Assembly: GCA_026936335.1 (NCBI GenBank)
Contig: JAPMXV010000045.1
Span: 62,001 to 126,000 of the forward strand
Origin: Mantamonas sphyraenae STR306
Lineage: Eukaryota > Protista > CRuMs
Direction: 5' to 3'
DNA: 64,000 nucleotides
The notes beneath the pieces were generated by a model. It had not been told where the DNA came from, made no database searches, and worked only from the letters and a program-made list of their open reading frames with translations. The translations under genes were made by a program, and so were the position numbers. Below are positions 12,917 through 25,233 of the stretch, in pieces. Position 1 is the first letter of the stretch. The number at the start of each line of letters is the position of its first letter.

Positions 12917-14353
12917 TCACCCTTTGTTCACCATCCACGACACAATGCGCTCCATGACTTCGTCGGGAAGTGTGGTCCACAACGCTGTTGGATTGTAGGT
13001 GTCCATCCCTCCAGCGTCAAACATTGCCTCGCGCTCCTCCATGTTCATGACCAGCAGTGTTTCCAGCTCTGTGTCCAGCGCCACAGGTGCCAACCAGTGC
13101 AGCCTCTGGCTCCATGGCATCTCCGCAGCCAACTGCCGCACGCATCCATCGCCCAGCCCGGTCTCCCTGTGCATGTCCACATCTTCGCCGTGACCACGCA
13201 TCAGGTCCACCACGTCTAGATGCTCCCCCTGCAGAGCTGCACCCATCGCTGACTCACCGTCCAGAAACGTGTGTGGACGCAGCCCGGCCTCGAGGCCACG
13301 TCGCACACCTTCTTCATCACCCGCTCCAGCTGCATACACAAACTCAGTGACCAAATCCGTGCGCTCCTTCAGTTCCTGAAACACCTTTGAGGACAGGTAG
13401 GAGGACAATGAAGAAAGGCAGAGAGAGATCAGGTGCGGTTTCGCTGCAAGCAGTTCACACACCACGGTGGCCTCTTTTGCATCCTGTTCCCATGCACACC
13501 CTGAGTCCACATTCACATCCAACAGTGACGAGTTGTCCAGCAGCGCCCGCAGCAGCCCCAGCCGTGCCTTCTTGGAAAACTCGTTCCTGGACACATCCAG
13601 CACCACCAGGGTGTTGTTGCACCGCACAAGCCCACAGGCAGCGTTCAGAGTGGCGTCACCGCCCAAGTTGTTGCTCACGTTCAACGCACGCAACCTTGAG
13701 TTGTGCCGCAAAGCGAAGAGCAGCGGCGCAAGATCGAGTGCCTCCAGGCCACACATGGTGATGTCCAGCCGCTTCAACTGCACGTTTTCCTTCAAATGGG
13801 CAGCCAACAGACCCAGCCCGCCTTCTGCAATGGTCATGTTCTGCATGACCAGAGTCTGCAGGGTCGACTCGAGGAGCGCAGCTCCAAGCGCATCCACGTG
13901 CTTCTCGTGTTCGAACTGCAGGTTGCGCATCATCAACACAGACAAGTTTGAACGAGCCACCATGTCCACCAGGGCTGCCTCCATCCTCTCGGTCAATTCT
14001 TCACCATTCTCCTTGTCCTTGTCCTCGTCCTCCTCGCGTTCGTGGAACGAAGCGCAAAACATCACGCGCGTCAAGCTTTCCGACGCTGCCACTCCCTTGG
14101 CCATCTCCATCACGGCATCTGCCTTCCAGGTGCAGAACCGCGACAGGATGAGGGTTTTCCACGGCAGCTGCTCCTGCTGCAGCATCCTGCCTTCTGCCAC
14201 CAGGAAGCGATTGTTGGCGCTCAACTCCGTGATCGTCTCGTCCCCAATCCTTCGAGCCAGCGCCGCTGCCAGGGCGTAATCGCCACTGGTCACGGCGGCA
14301 CGAAACTGCTTTTGTTCGTCGCTTTGAATGATGGTCGACTTTGTGCGTGCCAT
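12917..14353 (-). CDS. RNI-like leucine-rich-repeat protein with ankyrin-like repeat and C-terminal F-box-like motif
   Basis: 28-residue LRRs (NxxLxxLxLxxN: NSRLRALNVSNN, NNTLVVLDVSRN). AAGAGDEEGVRRGL...AMGAALQGEHLDVVDLM. Terminal WTTLPDEVMERIVSW. Confidence 0.75.
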   Translation of the reverse strand: MARTKSTIIQSDEQKQFRAAVTSGDYALAAALARRIGDETITELSANNRFLVAEGRMLQQEQLPWKTLILSRFCTWKADAVMEMAKGVAASESLTRVMFCASFHEREEDEDKDKENGEELTERMEAALVDMVARSNLSVLMMRNLQFEHEKHVDALGAALLESTLQTLVMQNMTIAEGGLGLLAAHLKENVQLKRLDITMCGLEALDLAPLLFALRHNSRLRALNVSNNLGGDATLNAACGLVRCNNTLVVLDVSRNEFSKKARLGLLRALLDNSSLLDVNVDSGCAWEQDAKEATVVCELLAAKPHLISLCLSSLSSYLSSKVFQELKERTDLVTEFVYAAGAGDEEGVRRGLEAGLRPHTFLDGESAMGAALQGEHLDVVDLMRGHGEDVDMHRETGLGDGCVRQLAAEMPWSQRLHWLAPVALDTELETLLVMNMEEREAMFDAGGMDTYNPTALWTTLPDEVMERIVSWMVNKG

Positions 14354-14509
14354 GTCGTCCGGCTCCAACGGTGGGGGAATTGTCCAAGCCAGCGCACTCC
14401 ATGCCAGCGCACACACACATCTCGCACGGCAATGATTGCATTGTCTCTTTCACTCTCTGTCTGTGTGTCTGCCTCCTCCATCCTCTTCCACGTCTCTCTC
14501 GCTCTCTCC

Positions 14510-16982
14510 TTAGTACACGCGCTTCTGAGGCGGGAAGGGCTTGAGGTCGGAGCCCGGGAGCTCCCAGTTGTGCACGTGGCGGTAACCCAGCTTGACATTC
14601 TGGCCGTGCTCGGTGGCCCATGACAGCGTGTGCTTCATCCATTCTTCGTCGTTGCGCTCGGTGTAGTCCTCGCGTGCGTGTGCACCACGCGACTCCTTGC
14701 GTGCCTCTGCACTGTGCATGGTCTGTGCCGCACACGTCAGCAGGTTCTGCAGCTCCAGCGTCTCCACCAGATCCGTGTTCCAGATCAGGCTGCGGTCCGT
14801 GGTCTGCACGTGCTCGAAGCTGTCCACCACCTCGTCGATCAGCGTCTTGCCCTCCTTCAGCGTCTCGCCCGTGCGGAACACGGCTGCGTTGTTCTGCATC
14901 ACGCGCTGCATGTTGTCGCGGATCTCCGCCGTCTTGAGGTCGCCCTTGGCGTAGCGCAGCTTGTCCATGCGTGCAATGGCCTCTTCGCCCGCGTTGGCTG
15001 GCAGATCCTTCTGCTTGGCTCCCGGCGTGCACTCCTCCGCAATGTTGTGTGCGCACGCACGTCCAAACACCACAATGTCCAACAGGGAGTTGGCACCCAG
15101 GCGGTTGGCGCCGTGCACGCTGGCACTCGCACACTCGCCTGCTGCCATCAGACCAGGCACAATGCGGTCCGGATCGTCCGCCGTCGGGTTCAACACCTCG
15201 CCCTTGTAGTTGGTCGGGATGCCACCCATGTTGTAGTGCACCGTGGGAATCACAGGGATCGGCTCCTTTGTCACGTCCACGCCGGCAAAAATCGCCGCCG
15301 TCTCGCTGATGCCCGGCAGGCGAAGTGCAAGCGTCTCGGGCTTGAGATGGTGCAACTGCAGGTAGATGTGGTCCTTCTGCGGGCCCACACCACGTCCTTC
15401 GCGGATCTCCATGGTCATGGAGCGCGACACCACATCGCGGGAGGCCAGATCCTTGGCCGTCGGCGCGTAACGCTCCATGAAGCGTTCGCCCTCCGAGTTG
15501 ATGAGGATGCCTCCCTCGCCACGGGAGCCCTCGGTGATGAGGCAGCCTGCGCCGTAGATGCCCGTGGGGTGGAACTGCACAAACTCAAGGTCCTGGTTGG
15601 GCATGCCGGCACGTGCCACCATGGCGTTGCCGTCTCCTGTGCACGTGTGTGCCGACGTGGCCGAAAAGTAGGCACGTCCGTACCCGCCGGTGGCCAGCAC
15701 CGTACGCTGCGCCTTGAAGCGGTGCAACGAGCCGTCCTCCATGTTCAGGCACATCACGCCCACGCACTCTCCCTCGTTGTTCATGATCAGATCCAGCGCA
15801 AAGTACTCGATGAAAAAGTCGGTGGCCTCGGCCGTGCTGCGACCCATCAGCGTGTGCAGCAGCGCGTGGCCCGTGCGGTCCGCAGCCGCCGCACAGCGGT
15901 ACGCCTGTCCGCCCTTGCCGTAGTCATACGACTGGCCGCCAAACGCACGCTGATAAATAGTGCCATCGGCCTCGTTGCGGCTGAACGGCAACCCGTACTG
16001 TTCCAGCTCCAGCACCGTCGGCTTGGCCTCGCGTGCCATGTACGTGATCGAGTCGTGGTCTCCCAGCCAGTCCGCTCCCTTGACCGTGTCATACGCGTGG
16101 TACCGCCAGTCATCCACCTCGTCGTTCAACGCTGCGTTGATGCCTCCCTGTGCTGCCACCGTGTGCGATCGTGTGGGGAACAGCTTCGAGATGCACGCCG
16201 TCTTGAAGCCTGCTTCGCTTGTGCCAAGCGACGCGCGAAGGCCCGCGCCTCCCGCACCCACCACCACCACGTCGTACTCGTGGTCGTTCACAGGATACGA
16301 AGCCAGCTGTATGTGTGTTGCATGTGTGTATGTGTGTGTGTGCGTTGTAACCATTCGCCCCAACACCCCCAAACCGGGCCACACAGCCTTTGTGTGTCAG
16401 CGACTCTGCCTGCCTTTCGGAGGGAAATTGCCCGCCGCTGCAATCGCTGCGGTTTGGCCCGCCCTGCACACCACACACTGCTCCCCGCCGTCATTGCCGC
16501 CATCCATCCCATGCACATTGTCCCCGGCCACATTTCCATGGTCCCTGCGACGTCTCCTGCCAGGCCTTTGCGCCGTGTAGGAGCCGATTCGGACCACGGA
16601 AAAGCAACCGCTCTCGCGCCCGCCGGAGTCTTTGGCACCCGTTATTCCGCCGTACAGACCGTACACCCTCCGTGCCACCCAGCCATGCATGCTCAGCCCA
16701 TGTTGGTTGCATCTCTGCTTCCTTTCGTTGCACTTACGTCAAAGCTCTTGTTGGCCGTCGTGCTCAGCGTGCGAGCGCCAGCCTGCGATGCCTAGAGTGT
16801 GTGAGGAGGCGAGCGGGCCAAGTTTCCACGAGTGTCAGTTCGCACATGGGTCCACACAGCAACACACACACACACACACACACGGTTATGTGCACCCATT
16901 CCTCAGTCCGCTGACTCTCTCTCTTGGGGCAACCGACCTTGTGCACAATGCCAGCTGTAGTCGATGTGCTTCGAGCAAACAT
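14510..16982 (-). CDS. SDHA: Succinate dehydrogenase flavoprotein subunit, mitochondrial
   Basis: [15 protein letters not shown] (FAD-His), [23 protein letters not shown]. Spliced presequence [27 protein letters not shown]. Introns 16792-16937 and 16307-16737. Confidence 0.97.
16516..16678 (-). ncRNA. Candidate intronic H/ACA-like structured RNA
   Basis: Hairpin UGGCAC/GUGCCA, then a long hairpin closed by CUCCGGC/GCCGGGG with a 12-bp inner stem (16591-16602 with 16533-16544), immediately followed by ACA. H box is non-canonical. Confidence 0.35.
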
Positions 16983-17099
16983 TCTCGGGGTTTCTGTGGC
17001 CCCGCATGCGCCACATCTGCCTAACCCCATACGACCATACGCGTCCATCAATCATGAATCAACACACAGCTGCATTCCATTCCATCCCATTCCATGCAA

Positions 17100-17161
17100 T
17101 CACTCTTCCGCCTCCTCGTTTTCCTCGCTGACCGGTTGTGCCGTCCTTTCGTCCTCACTCC

Positions 17162-17197
<36 letters not shown>

Positions 17198-18938
17198 CAT
17201 CATCGCCGTGTGCATACTTCTGCAAGAGTTCCACAACCTCGTCATGCTTGTACTTGCGTGCATCCGAGAGCGGGGTGCCCCCCATGGCGTCCGCCTGTTC
17301 GGGATCGCACCCCAAGTGTAGCAAGTATTCAATCACCTCCAGGTGGCCCTCGCAGGCAGCCACATGCAGCGCTGTACGTTCTCCAAAGTACGGCGAGGTT
17401 GGATCCACACCACAGGCCACCAGTCGCTGGATCTCCTCCAGGTTCCCCTCGGCGGCTGCCCACAACAGCGCCGCATAGCTGGCCCGCTTGTATCCACCCT
17501 TGCTTGACTGACTCACCGGATTCTTGAACTTGGCGTCGCCCACCAGCGACTCAAAGGTGTGGAATGGGAACGATTCCACGAGGGCCTTGGCAAACTTGCG
17601 CCCGCGCACACTCACGCTGCCCTTGGTTTGAGGCGCGTAGATGCAGATGCCCATGACGTTGGGCACCACGAGTTGTATCACACCGGACAGCGATGTCTTG
17701 ACGGGCAATCCAATCTCAAAGGCAAAGTCGCCGCTGAGCTGGTCCGCACCACAGCTGTGCATCACACTCAGACAGTCACGCACCGTGTCCTCGTCCAACA
17801 CTTGCACGGTGGTCAACGGACACTGGCCGTGGTTTGCCAGCGTGGCCGTGGCCACCGCCAGCGACGTGCAGTTGAACTCCATGTTCATGTACTGGGACAA
17901 CAGCTTGACCAGCGCATCCAGATCCGTGTCCTCGCCCAGACACCCACTTTCCTGCAGCATGTACGCCATACAGTACATCCTATGTGCCTTTTGCATCCCC
18001 TTGAGATACTCTGTGTTGTTGAATCCCACACGTTGCGAGCTCACCTGTTGCAACCTGCGCACCATCAGGTCGAACCGTTCGGCCGTCGTTTCGTCCGGTC
18101 GCATGTGCGATGCCGCCACAAGTGCCCCCGACAGCATCATTCCATTGTGTGCTTTCCCCGATGCATTCAGAATCAGGGCGTCCCAAGGCACGTCCACCTG
18201 TTCCCGGTCCACCAGGTTGCCCGACAGTTGGCCCTCCGTCTCCTCCGTCGCCACGCAGTACAGAAACGGCAACACGCATTGCTGCAGCGTAAACGCCTCT
18301 GTGGCGTCGCCAATGCTAAACACTTGGCCGTCCACAGTGCATACAGACACGCCAAACACCTCGTTTTCCTGAAAAGCAGCAGCCGTTTCTTGCGTCAGCC
18401 GTTGTGGGTTCTTCTTCCCCCTCCCCCCTCTTCCCCCCTAACCCTCCCCCCAACCCCCCACCGCCTCGCTTACCTCGCCGTTGGGATACGTCACATCCTT
18501 GGGCAGTTTGTGGGCCAGTGACTCTTCGTAGTCTGCGGTCAGCTGGGAAACAAAGGCGCCAAAGTCGCTGATGACCAGCTCGCCTCGGATGGCTCGCTCC
18601 ACAAGCAGGGTCTTGTTGACGACGTCCAGAAAGTCACCCAGGCGCAGGGAGCCGTGTTGACCACCCAGGTTCTCCACAGAGGAGACAAACTCGGCCAGGC
18701 GTTGGTTGCTCTTGATCAGGAGGCCGGTTTTGCGGATGAGGTCAAAGAAGCGTCGCATGGGCACCGTGCCCTGTGGCGTCGGACTCATCGATTGCCACAC
18801 CCCGAGCAGCTGTTCATACTCGCCGTGGTAGTCACGCACCACGTTCTCCGACACGTCGCCATCCACCAGCGGCGACGACGTCGTGCGTGCCAACGTTCGT
18901 GCACCGGGAGTGGACAGAGTGGCCGACGAGGAGCTCAT
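17100..18938 (-). CDS. Glutaminase-family protein with EF-hand-like N-terminus and C-terminal ankyrin repeats, catalytic motifs degenerate
   Basis: FGVSVCTVDGQVFSIGD, VRDCLSVMHSCG, SGDFAFEIGLP, VVPNVMGICIYAP, SVRG. Ankyrin RTALHVAACEGH. Intron 18369-18473. Confidence 0.88.
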
Positions 18939-19015
18939 TTTCGTTGTGTTGGTCCAGCCTGAGACTGCATTGGTTCCCCCCTTACCACCACCCAATACAC
19001 ACACACACATTCAAA

Positions 19016-20317
19016 CTACAGTTTGGCCTTCATCTTGCCTGCCCCCTGCCTCTTTCGATCGTTCCAGCGCAGGATGTTGACAATGGAGGAAAACCAGTCG
19101 GCAATGGGATCCTCCTTCTGGACACAGGGCACAGGAAACTTGCTGAGACGGATTTCCACGTAATCGCCAGCGCCAATCTTGCCTGCAGTGCGTCCATCAA
19201 AGGCGACGCTGGAGGGGCCACGCGCATCGTTGCTGACCTGCACCTTGAGTGTCACACAATCGGGCAGGACAATGGGACGTGCACTGAGCGAGTGTGGGGA
19301 GATGGGAGTGAAGCACATGCCTCCCACAGCAGGATGGACCATGCATCCACCGGCGCTGAGGGAGTATGCCGTCGACCCTGTTGTGGTGCCCACAATGATC
19401 CCGTCGGCACTCACCGTCGTCATGTACATGTCGTCCACAAAACAGTCGAGGTTGGTCAGGAACGGTGTGGCTCCCCGGTCGATCACCACATCGTTCATCA
19501 CATACTGCACGTCCACAAGGTTGGACGTGGATGCCTGTGGAGCATCCTCCGCCTCAGCACCCTCCGTCTCTTGAGTGTGGAACACACGACACTCGAAGCG
19601 CTGTCGCATGGAAATCACTGTGTTGGATGAAGTGTCCAACAGTGGGTTCAACACCTCCTTGTACTGTTCCACCTGGAACAGCGTCAGGAAGCCCAGCGAA
19701 CCCATGGCAAAGGACACCAGAGGCGGCACAGGCCCGCGGAACAGACGAGACACGTGCATGATGGTCCCATCGCCTCCAATGCACACCACAAAGTCAATCA
19801 CATGCGACAGATCGTCCACCTCCGAGAACGAAGACAAGCAGCTCAGGTGAGGCAACTCCTTTGCCACCGACGGCTCCACCACCACCGTCAGTCCCTTTTC
19901 CTCCATCAGCCACCGTGCGATCATGTCCAACGACTCTGTCACTCCTTCGCCCCATGGCTTCTTGATCATCAGCACTGTCTCTGGCGCCGTGTCCCAGCGC
20001 ATTTCCATCTGGGTGCCGTCGTCCGATCGGCGAGTTTGTGCACCGCGTCAGTTTTCTCCCGCCCCAACACGCCCATTCTGCCCCTCTTCCGTCGAGCATA
20101 CCTTTTTGAACGTGTTTGAGTGCGTCTGCACATACGCCAATCCGTCCAAGTGTTTGTACGAGCTCCCTGTGCCTCCGACAAAGTCCAGCGAGAAGGCAGC
20201 CTTTCGACGCAAACCTCGTCGCGTGATGCCATCCTCACTGCTGCTGCTGCTCATCGATTCTACCTCTGTGTGCACACCCGTGTGCTCGCCACTCCCACTG
20301 CCTGCACAAGACGACAT
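19016..20317 (-). CDS. NADK: NAD(H) kinase
   Basis: GGDGT, MGSLGFL, MND, ADGIIVGTTTGSTAYSLSAGG, PHSLSARP. Intron 20009-20101. Confidence 0.93.
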
Positions 20318-20411
20318 GATGATGGATGTGGAAAATGAAGCGGTGAACTGAACTGGTTTCGCCAGCGCGCTCTGCCAAGCAGCCCTCTCTCTCTCACACC
20401 CTCCTCCTCCT

Positions 20412-21670
20412 TCACTTGCTCAGAATGATCTGCACCACATCCTCATCCTCCACGACGTGTGTCATGCTGACACGCTGAGGGGTGTGCTTGGCAGAGGTGC
20501 CCCACACCAGAGCCCCCTTGCTGTTGGATGCCAGGTCACGATGGATGTAGTGACACGCATGTTCGATGGTAGCACCTCGTCGCAAGACAATGGGTTCGTC
20601 AAACGACGGCGCCTCGCCTCGCTTCTTTGTGTACACACGCACCAAGTTCAGGTACTCCCAGATCATCTCCAGCATGTAGTCCAGGTTGAGCTTCCAGTTG
20701 AAACTGACCACCAGCGAGTGGGGCTGGTGAGCAATTTCGTCCACCTCCTCGATGGTGATGGTGTCGATCTTGTTGTACACGTACAGGCAGCGGATGTACA
20801 CGCAGTTGCCCAGGATGGTGTCGATCAGGTCCTCCACCGTGCAGTCCTCCTTGAACAGCAGCTCGCAGTTGTGCACTTTGTACTCGTGCAGCACCTGGTT
20901 GATGTCCTTGTCCGTGATGCTCTCCAGCTTGCACGTCTTGTTGATGATCACCCCTCCCGACTTCTTCTGCTTGAAAAAGATGTTGGGTGGCTCTTTGTTG
21001 AGACGGATGCCCACCTGGTAGAGTTCGTCCACCAGAATGGGCAGTGTCTCCTCGTGTCGTCCGGCATCCAGCATCATCAAAATCAGGTCCGCTGTCCGTG
21101 CCACGCTCACCACCTGCCTGCCACGACCCACTCCCTGTGCTGCTCCCTGGATGATACCCGGCAGATCCAACAGTTGGATGTTGGCGTCGTTGATGGTCAG
21201 CAGGCCCGGGATGCACGTCAGCGTCGTGAATTCGTACGCCGCTGACTCCGACTTGGCATCCGTCAGCGTCGTAAGGCATGTTGACTTGCCCACAGACGGA
21301 AAGCCAATCATCACCACACGTGCATCGCCAGACTTCATCACTTCGAACCCTTCGCCCTTTCCTGTCGATTTGCCCGTGCCCTCCACGAGTTGGTGACGCA
21401 GCTTCGCCAGCTTGGCCTTCAGCCCACCCAAATGGTGCCTGCAGTCGTAGCATGTGTCCGCGTATATCCCAATGGATGTCAGCAACGTGTTGCGTGTGGT
21501 CGTATGTGCATGGGTGTGCGTGTGCGTGTGTGTGTGGTGTGCATGCCTGTGGCTGTGGAGAGGGCGGTTGCAAGCAGGGCATTCGCTGCCAAAACGCACT
21601 CGGTGGCTTTGTTCTTCTGCGTACGGGCCATTTCGGCCTCAATCTCGGCAATCTTTTCTTGGATGCCCAT
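20412..21670 (-). CDS. DRG2: Developmentally regulated GTP-binding protein 2
   Basis: [50 protein letters not shown] domain. Intron 21439-21599. Confidence 0.95.
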
Positions 21671-21730
21671 CGTGCGTGGTGTGTCTGCGAGTGTGTGTCA
21701 AATGACGACGGATGGACAGGTGTGACGCAG

Positions 21731-24259
21731 ATGAGGTGGATGCGCCGGCGTGTGCACATGTTCCAGAGAGCCACAGCGACCACCAGCACCAGGACTCTGC
21801 GCAACAGCCTCGTTCTTTCACTCCAGGACACAGCACACCACACACAAGAAAGCAACGCACACAGCAGAAGCATCTCCACAAGCATGAGTGTAGCCGGAAA
21901 GCAGACAACGGAAGACAAGGCGTCGAGCAGCAGTGCATCAACGACCACACAGGAGTCGCACAGTTTCACCAACGCACTGGTGAATGAGCAGTCACCCTAT
22001 CTGCTTCAACACGCACACAACCCCGTGGATTGGTACCCGTGGGGCCAGGAAGCGTTTGATCTGGCCGTGGAACTGGACAGGCCCATCTTTCTCTCCGTGG
22101 GCTACTCCACGTGTCATTGGTGCCACGTGATGGAACGGGAGAGCTTTGAGGACGAAGGGGTGGCCGCCATCATGAACCAAGGCTTTGTCAACGTCAAGGT
22201 GGACCGTGAGGAACGTCCGGACGTGGACAAGGTGTACATGACGTTTGTGCAAGCCACGACGGGAGGTGGGGGCTGGCCCATGTCCCTGTGGCTGACCCCT
22301 GATCTGAAGCCCATCTATGGAGGCACCTATTTCCATCCCAAACAGTTTGTGTCCATTCTGCAGCAGTTGAGTTTGGGGTGGACGGTGCCCAGCGAGCGAG
22401 CACGCATGACCCAGGCAGGCACACGAGTCATCGACATCCTGCGCAACAACATGGGACGCATTGAAACACCCGCCGATGATTTGGACCTGGATGCTTCCGT
22501 GTACGAGGGACTGGCCAAGCAGATGCTCGGCCAGTTTGATGCCCAGTACGGCGGCTATGGCAGGGCACCCAAGTTTCCGCGGCCGGTGGAACTCACCGGC
22601 ATGTTCCATGTGTACGACCACGCACGCACCACGGGCAACGACGAACGTGCGCAGGAGGTCTTGCACTCCTGCTTGCACACCCTGGACATGATGGCAAAGG
22701 GAGGCATGCACGATCATCTCGGCTATGGCTTTGCACGCTACAGTGTCGATCGGTTCTGGCACGTGCCTCACTTTGAAAAGATGCTTTACGACCAGGCCCA
22801 GCTTGTGGATGCGTACCTCACCGCCTACCAAATCACGCAGGACGAAAAGTATGCACGCGTGGCACGCAACACCCTGGATTTTGTGTGCAACGAACTGCGC
22901 CATCCCAAGGGTGCATTCTGGAGTGCCCTTGACGCGGACAGTGTCAAGCCCGAGTCTGCGGCGCAGGGCGGCAAAGAGAAGGGCGAAGGTGCGTACTACG
23001 TGTGGACCAAACAGGAGATCCAGGACGTGTGTGACCAAGACAGCAGTCTGGACAACGACCACATGCGTTTGTTTTGTGCCTACTACAACGTGGAGGAGGA
23101 GGGCAACGCTCCCGAAGGGGCCGACCCGCATGGCGAGTTTACGGGCAAGAACATCCTCATTGTGCGCAAGGACATGACGGACGTGTTGGCCTCGGTGCAA
23201 CTGGACACCAAAGTGGATGATGCAGACACTGCCATGCAGATGGTGGACAAGGTGGCCAAGGCCTTGCTGGCCGTGCGTGCTCAACGGCCCTACCCGCATC
23301 TCGATGACAAGGTCATCACAGGATGGAACGGCCTCATGATCAGTGCTTTTGCACGTGCACACCAGGTCCTTCGTGACCCGGAGTACCTGCAGGTCGCCAA
23401 CGAGGCTGTGGATTTCGTCAGGGAAGCCCTGTACCTCGACACCGGCGACGACGAGTCTGCCCCTCGCCTCATGCGCTCCACACGCAATGACCGGCCGGGG
23501 ACCATCAACGCCTTTACGTCGGACTACGCCTTTCTCATCACGGGCCTGTTGGACCTCTACGAGGCCAGTGGTGACACCCAACACCTGGAGTGGGCCGAGA
23601 CGCTGCAAGGGTTGCAAAACATTCGCTTCCGAGACCCCGAAGATGGCGGCTACTTCAACTGTGAGGAACAGGCGGACATTCTTCTGCGTGAAAAGAGTGA
23701 TTACGATGGCGCAGAGCCGTCAGAGAGCACCTACACAGCCATGAATCTGCTGCGCTTGGCCGAGTTGCTCGATCTGGAGGAGTATGGCGAGTGTGCCACC
23801 CAGCTGCTCAAGAGCATCAAGACACGCCTGGATTCGGTGCCCATTGCCATGCCCTATGCCTATCGAGCTGTAGACTGGCTCGTTCGCCCACCCAAGCGTC
23901 TCGTCGTCGCGTATGACACCGACGCGCATCGCCTGGCCGATCGCGAGGCCTTGTGGGAGACTGTGTTTGCCAAGCGATGGGTGCCCAATAAGGCAGTGCT
24001 CCATTGCCGTCCCGATGGCACTCAGGGCTGGCTCAGCAAGCGCCTGCCCTACCTCGAGGGCATCCGACCCGTAGTTGCCACGGCCAGCACCGAAGGAAGC
24101 AGCAGCAGCGGAGGTGGTGACGACGAAACACTGCCCAGTGTGTACTTGTGCGAAGGAAAGGCATGCCAGCTGCCGCAGACGTCTCTGGAAGCCATCGCAC
24201 ACATGCTGGAGAACGTGGAGGAGAGTTTGGCTGTCGAAGTTTCATTGGACGACGAGTGA
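21731..24259 (+). CDS. SPATA20: SPATA20/YyaL family (thioredoxin-like + alpha/alpha-barrel), probable mitochondrial presequence
   Basis: [55 protein letters not shown]. Arg-rich N-terminus; start codon choice inferred. Confidence 0.93.
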   Translation: MRWMRRRVHMFQRATATTSTRTLRNSLVLSLQDTAHHTQESNAHSRSISTSMSVAGKQTTEDKASSSSASTTTQESHSFTNALVNEQSPYLLQHAHNPVDWYPWGQEAFDLAVELDRPIFLSVGYSTCHWCHVMERESFEDEGVAAIMNQGFVNVKVDREERPDVDKVYMTFVQATTGGGGWPMSLWLTPDLKPIYGGTYFHPKQFVSILQQLSLGWTVPSERARMTQAGTRVIDILRNNMGRIETPADDLDLDASVYEGLAKQMLGQFDAQYGGYGRAPKFPRPVELTGMFHVYDHARTTGNDERAQEVLHSCLHTLDMMAKGGMHDHLGYGFARYSVDRFWHVPHFEKMLYDQAQLVDAYLTAYQITQDEKYARVARNTLDFVCNELRHPKGAFWSALDADSVKPESAAQGGKEKGEGAYYVWTKQEIQDVCDQDSSLDNDHMRLFCAYYNVEEEGNAPEGADPHGEFTGKNILIVRKDMTDVLASVQLDTKVDDADTAMQMVDKVAKALLAVRAQRPYPHLDDKVITGWNGLMISAFARAHQVLRDPEYLQVANEAVDFVREALYLDTGDDESAPRLMRSTRNDRPGTINAFTSDYAFLITGLLDLYEASGDTQHLEWAETLQGLQNIRFRDPEDGGYFNCEEQADILLREKSDYDGAEPSESTYTAMNLLRLAELLDLEEYGECATQLLKSIKTRLDSVPIAMPYAYRAVDWLVRPPKRLVVAYDTDAHRLADREALWETVFAKRWVPNKAVLHCRPDGTQGWLSKRLPYLEGIRPVVATASTEGSSSSGGGDDETLPSVYLCEGKACQLPQTSLEAIAHMLENVEESLAVEVSLDDE

Positions 24260-24268
24260 TTCTGATCT

Positions 24269-25200
24269 TCAAACATAGTAGCTGGGAGAAACCATGAGAT
24301 CGGTGAGGACGCCGAGCTGGTCGCTGGTAAACTTGTGCTTGTCCATGAACCATGTGTCGGTGTGGGTCTTGCGGAACTCACGGAACAGATCCTTCACGCT
24401 GTCCTTGATGGGTGTCGGGTCGCCCACGTGCCCTGCCAGTGTCATCAACACGTCCGGCATCCAATCGGGCACCGAGTAGGGACTGGCAAGCACCAGCGCC
24501 GACAAACCCAACACACCTCCGTGCCGCTGCATCATCCTCTTTTGCATCTTCCGCTCCTTGCGTGCTGCTTTGGCCTTGTCTTCCTCATCGTCCTGGTTGC
24601 CTTCCACCTCCATGGCATCCTGCTGCACGCTCTGCGTGCTTGTCTTTTTGCTCTTCTTGCTCTTTTTGGGCAACTTGGTCGCCGCCACCGTGGTGAACTG
24701 CTGCAGCAGGTCTGCACGCACAGACCCTGCCATGCCACGTGCCATGACAGCCAAGGATCCCGCCGCAGCTTCGCGCACCTCCAACTGGCTGTCCTGCAGC
24801 GACTGCACCACAAGGTTAAACACAGCCGCACTCTGCTCCGCATCCATCACAAAGCGCTGGCGCACGTGCATGGACATGACAAAGGGCAGGATGGAACCAC
24901 GAGCACGCCACGAGCTGCTCTGCTGGGCCTCCGTCAGCTGTTCCACCACAGCGCTCAACGTCCCGCTGCTCATGGGTGTCTTTGCAATGCGTATCAAGCA
25001 GCCCACCGCCATGTTGCTCACCTCCTGCTCTGTGTGGTCCTCTTGCAGCGTAAACAGCACAGGCAACACCTGTGGAATGTGTGCATCCAACACATGGGCT
25101 ACTCCGTGATCGATGCTGGCATTGACCCACTCCACCAACACTTCGGCGTGTTTGCGATACTTGCTCACACTCTCCTGTGTCCCTACGCCACCACCACCAG

Positions 25201-25233
<33 letters not shown>

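Noticed and set aside
16307-16737. Known riboswitch (TPP, FMN, cobalamin) or U17/snR30 in the SDHA intron
   Set aside because: Only short partial matches (CAGGGCGGG, CAGGAGAC, TCCTAC/ACCAT); core consensus and spacing are missing.
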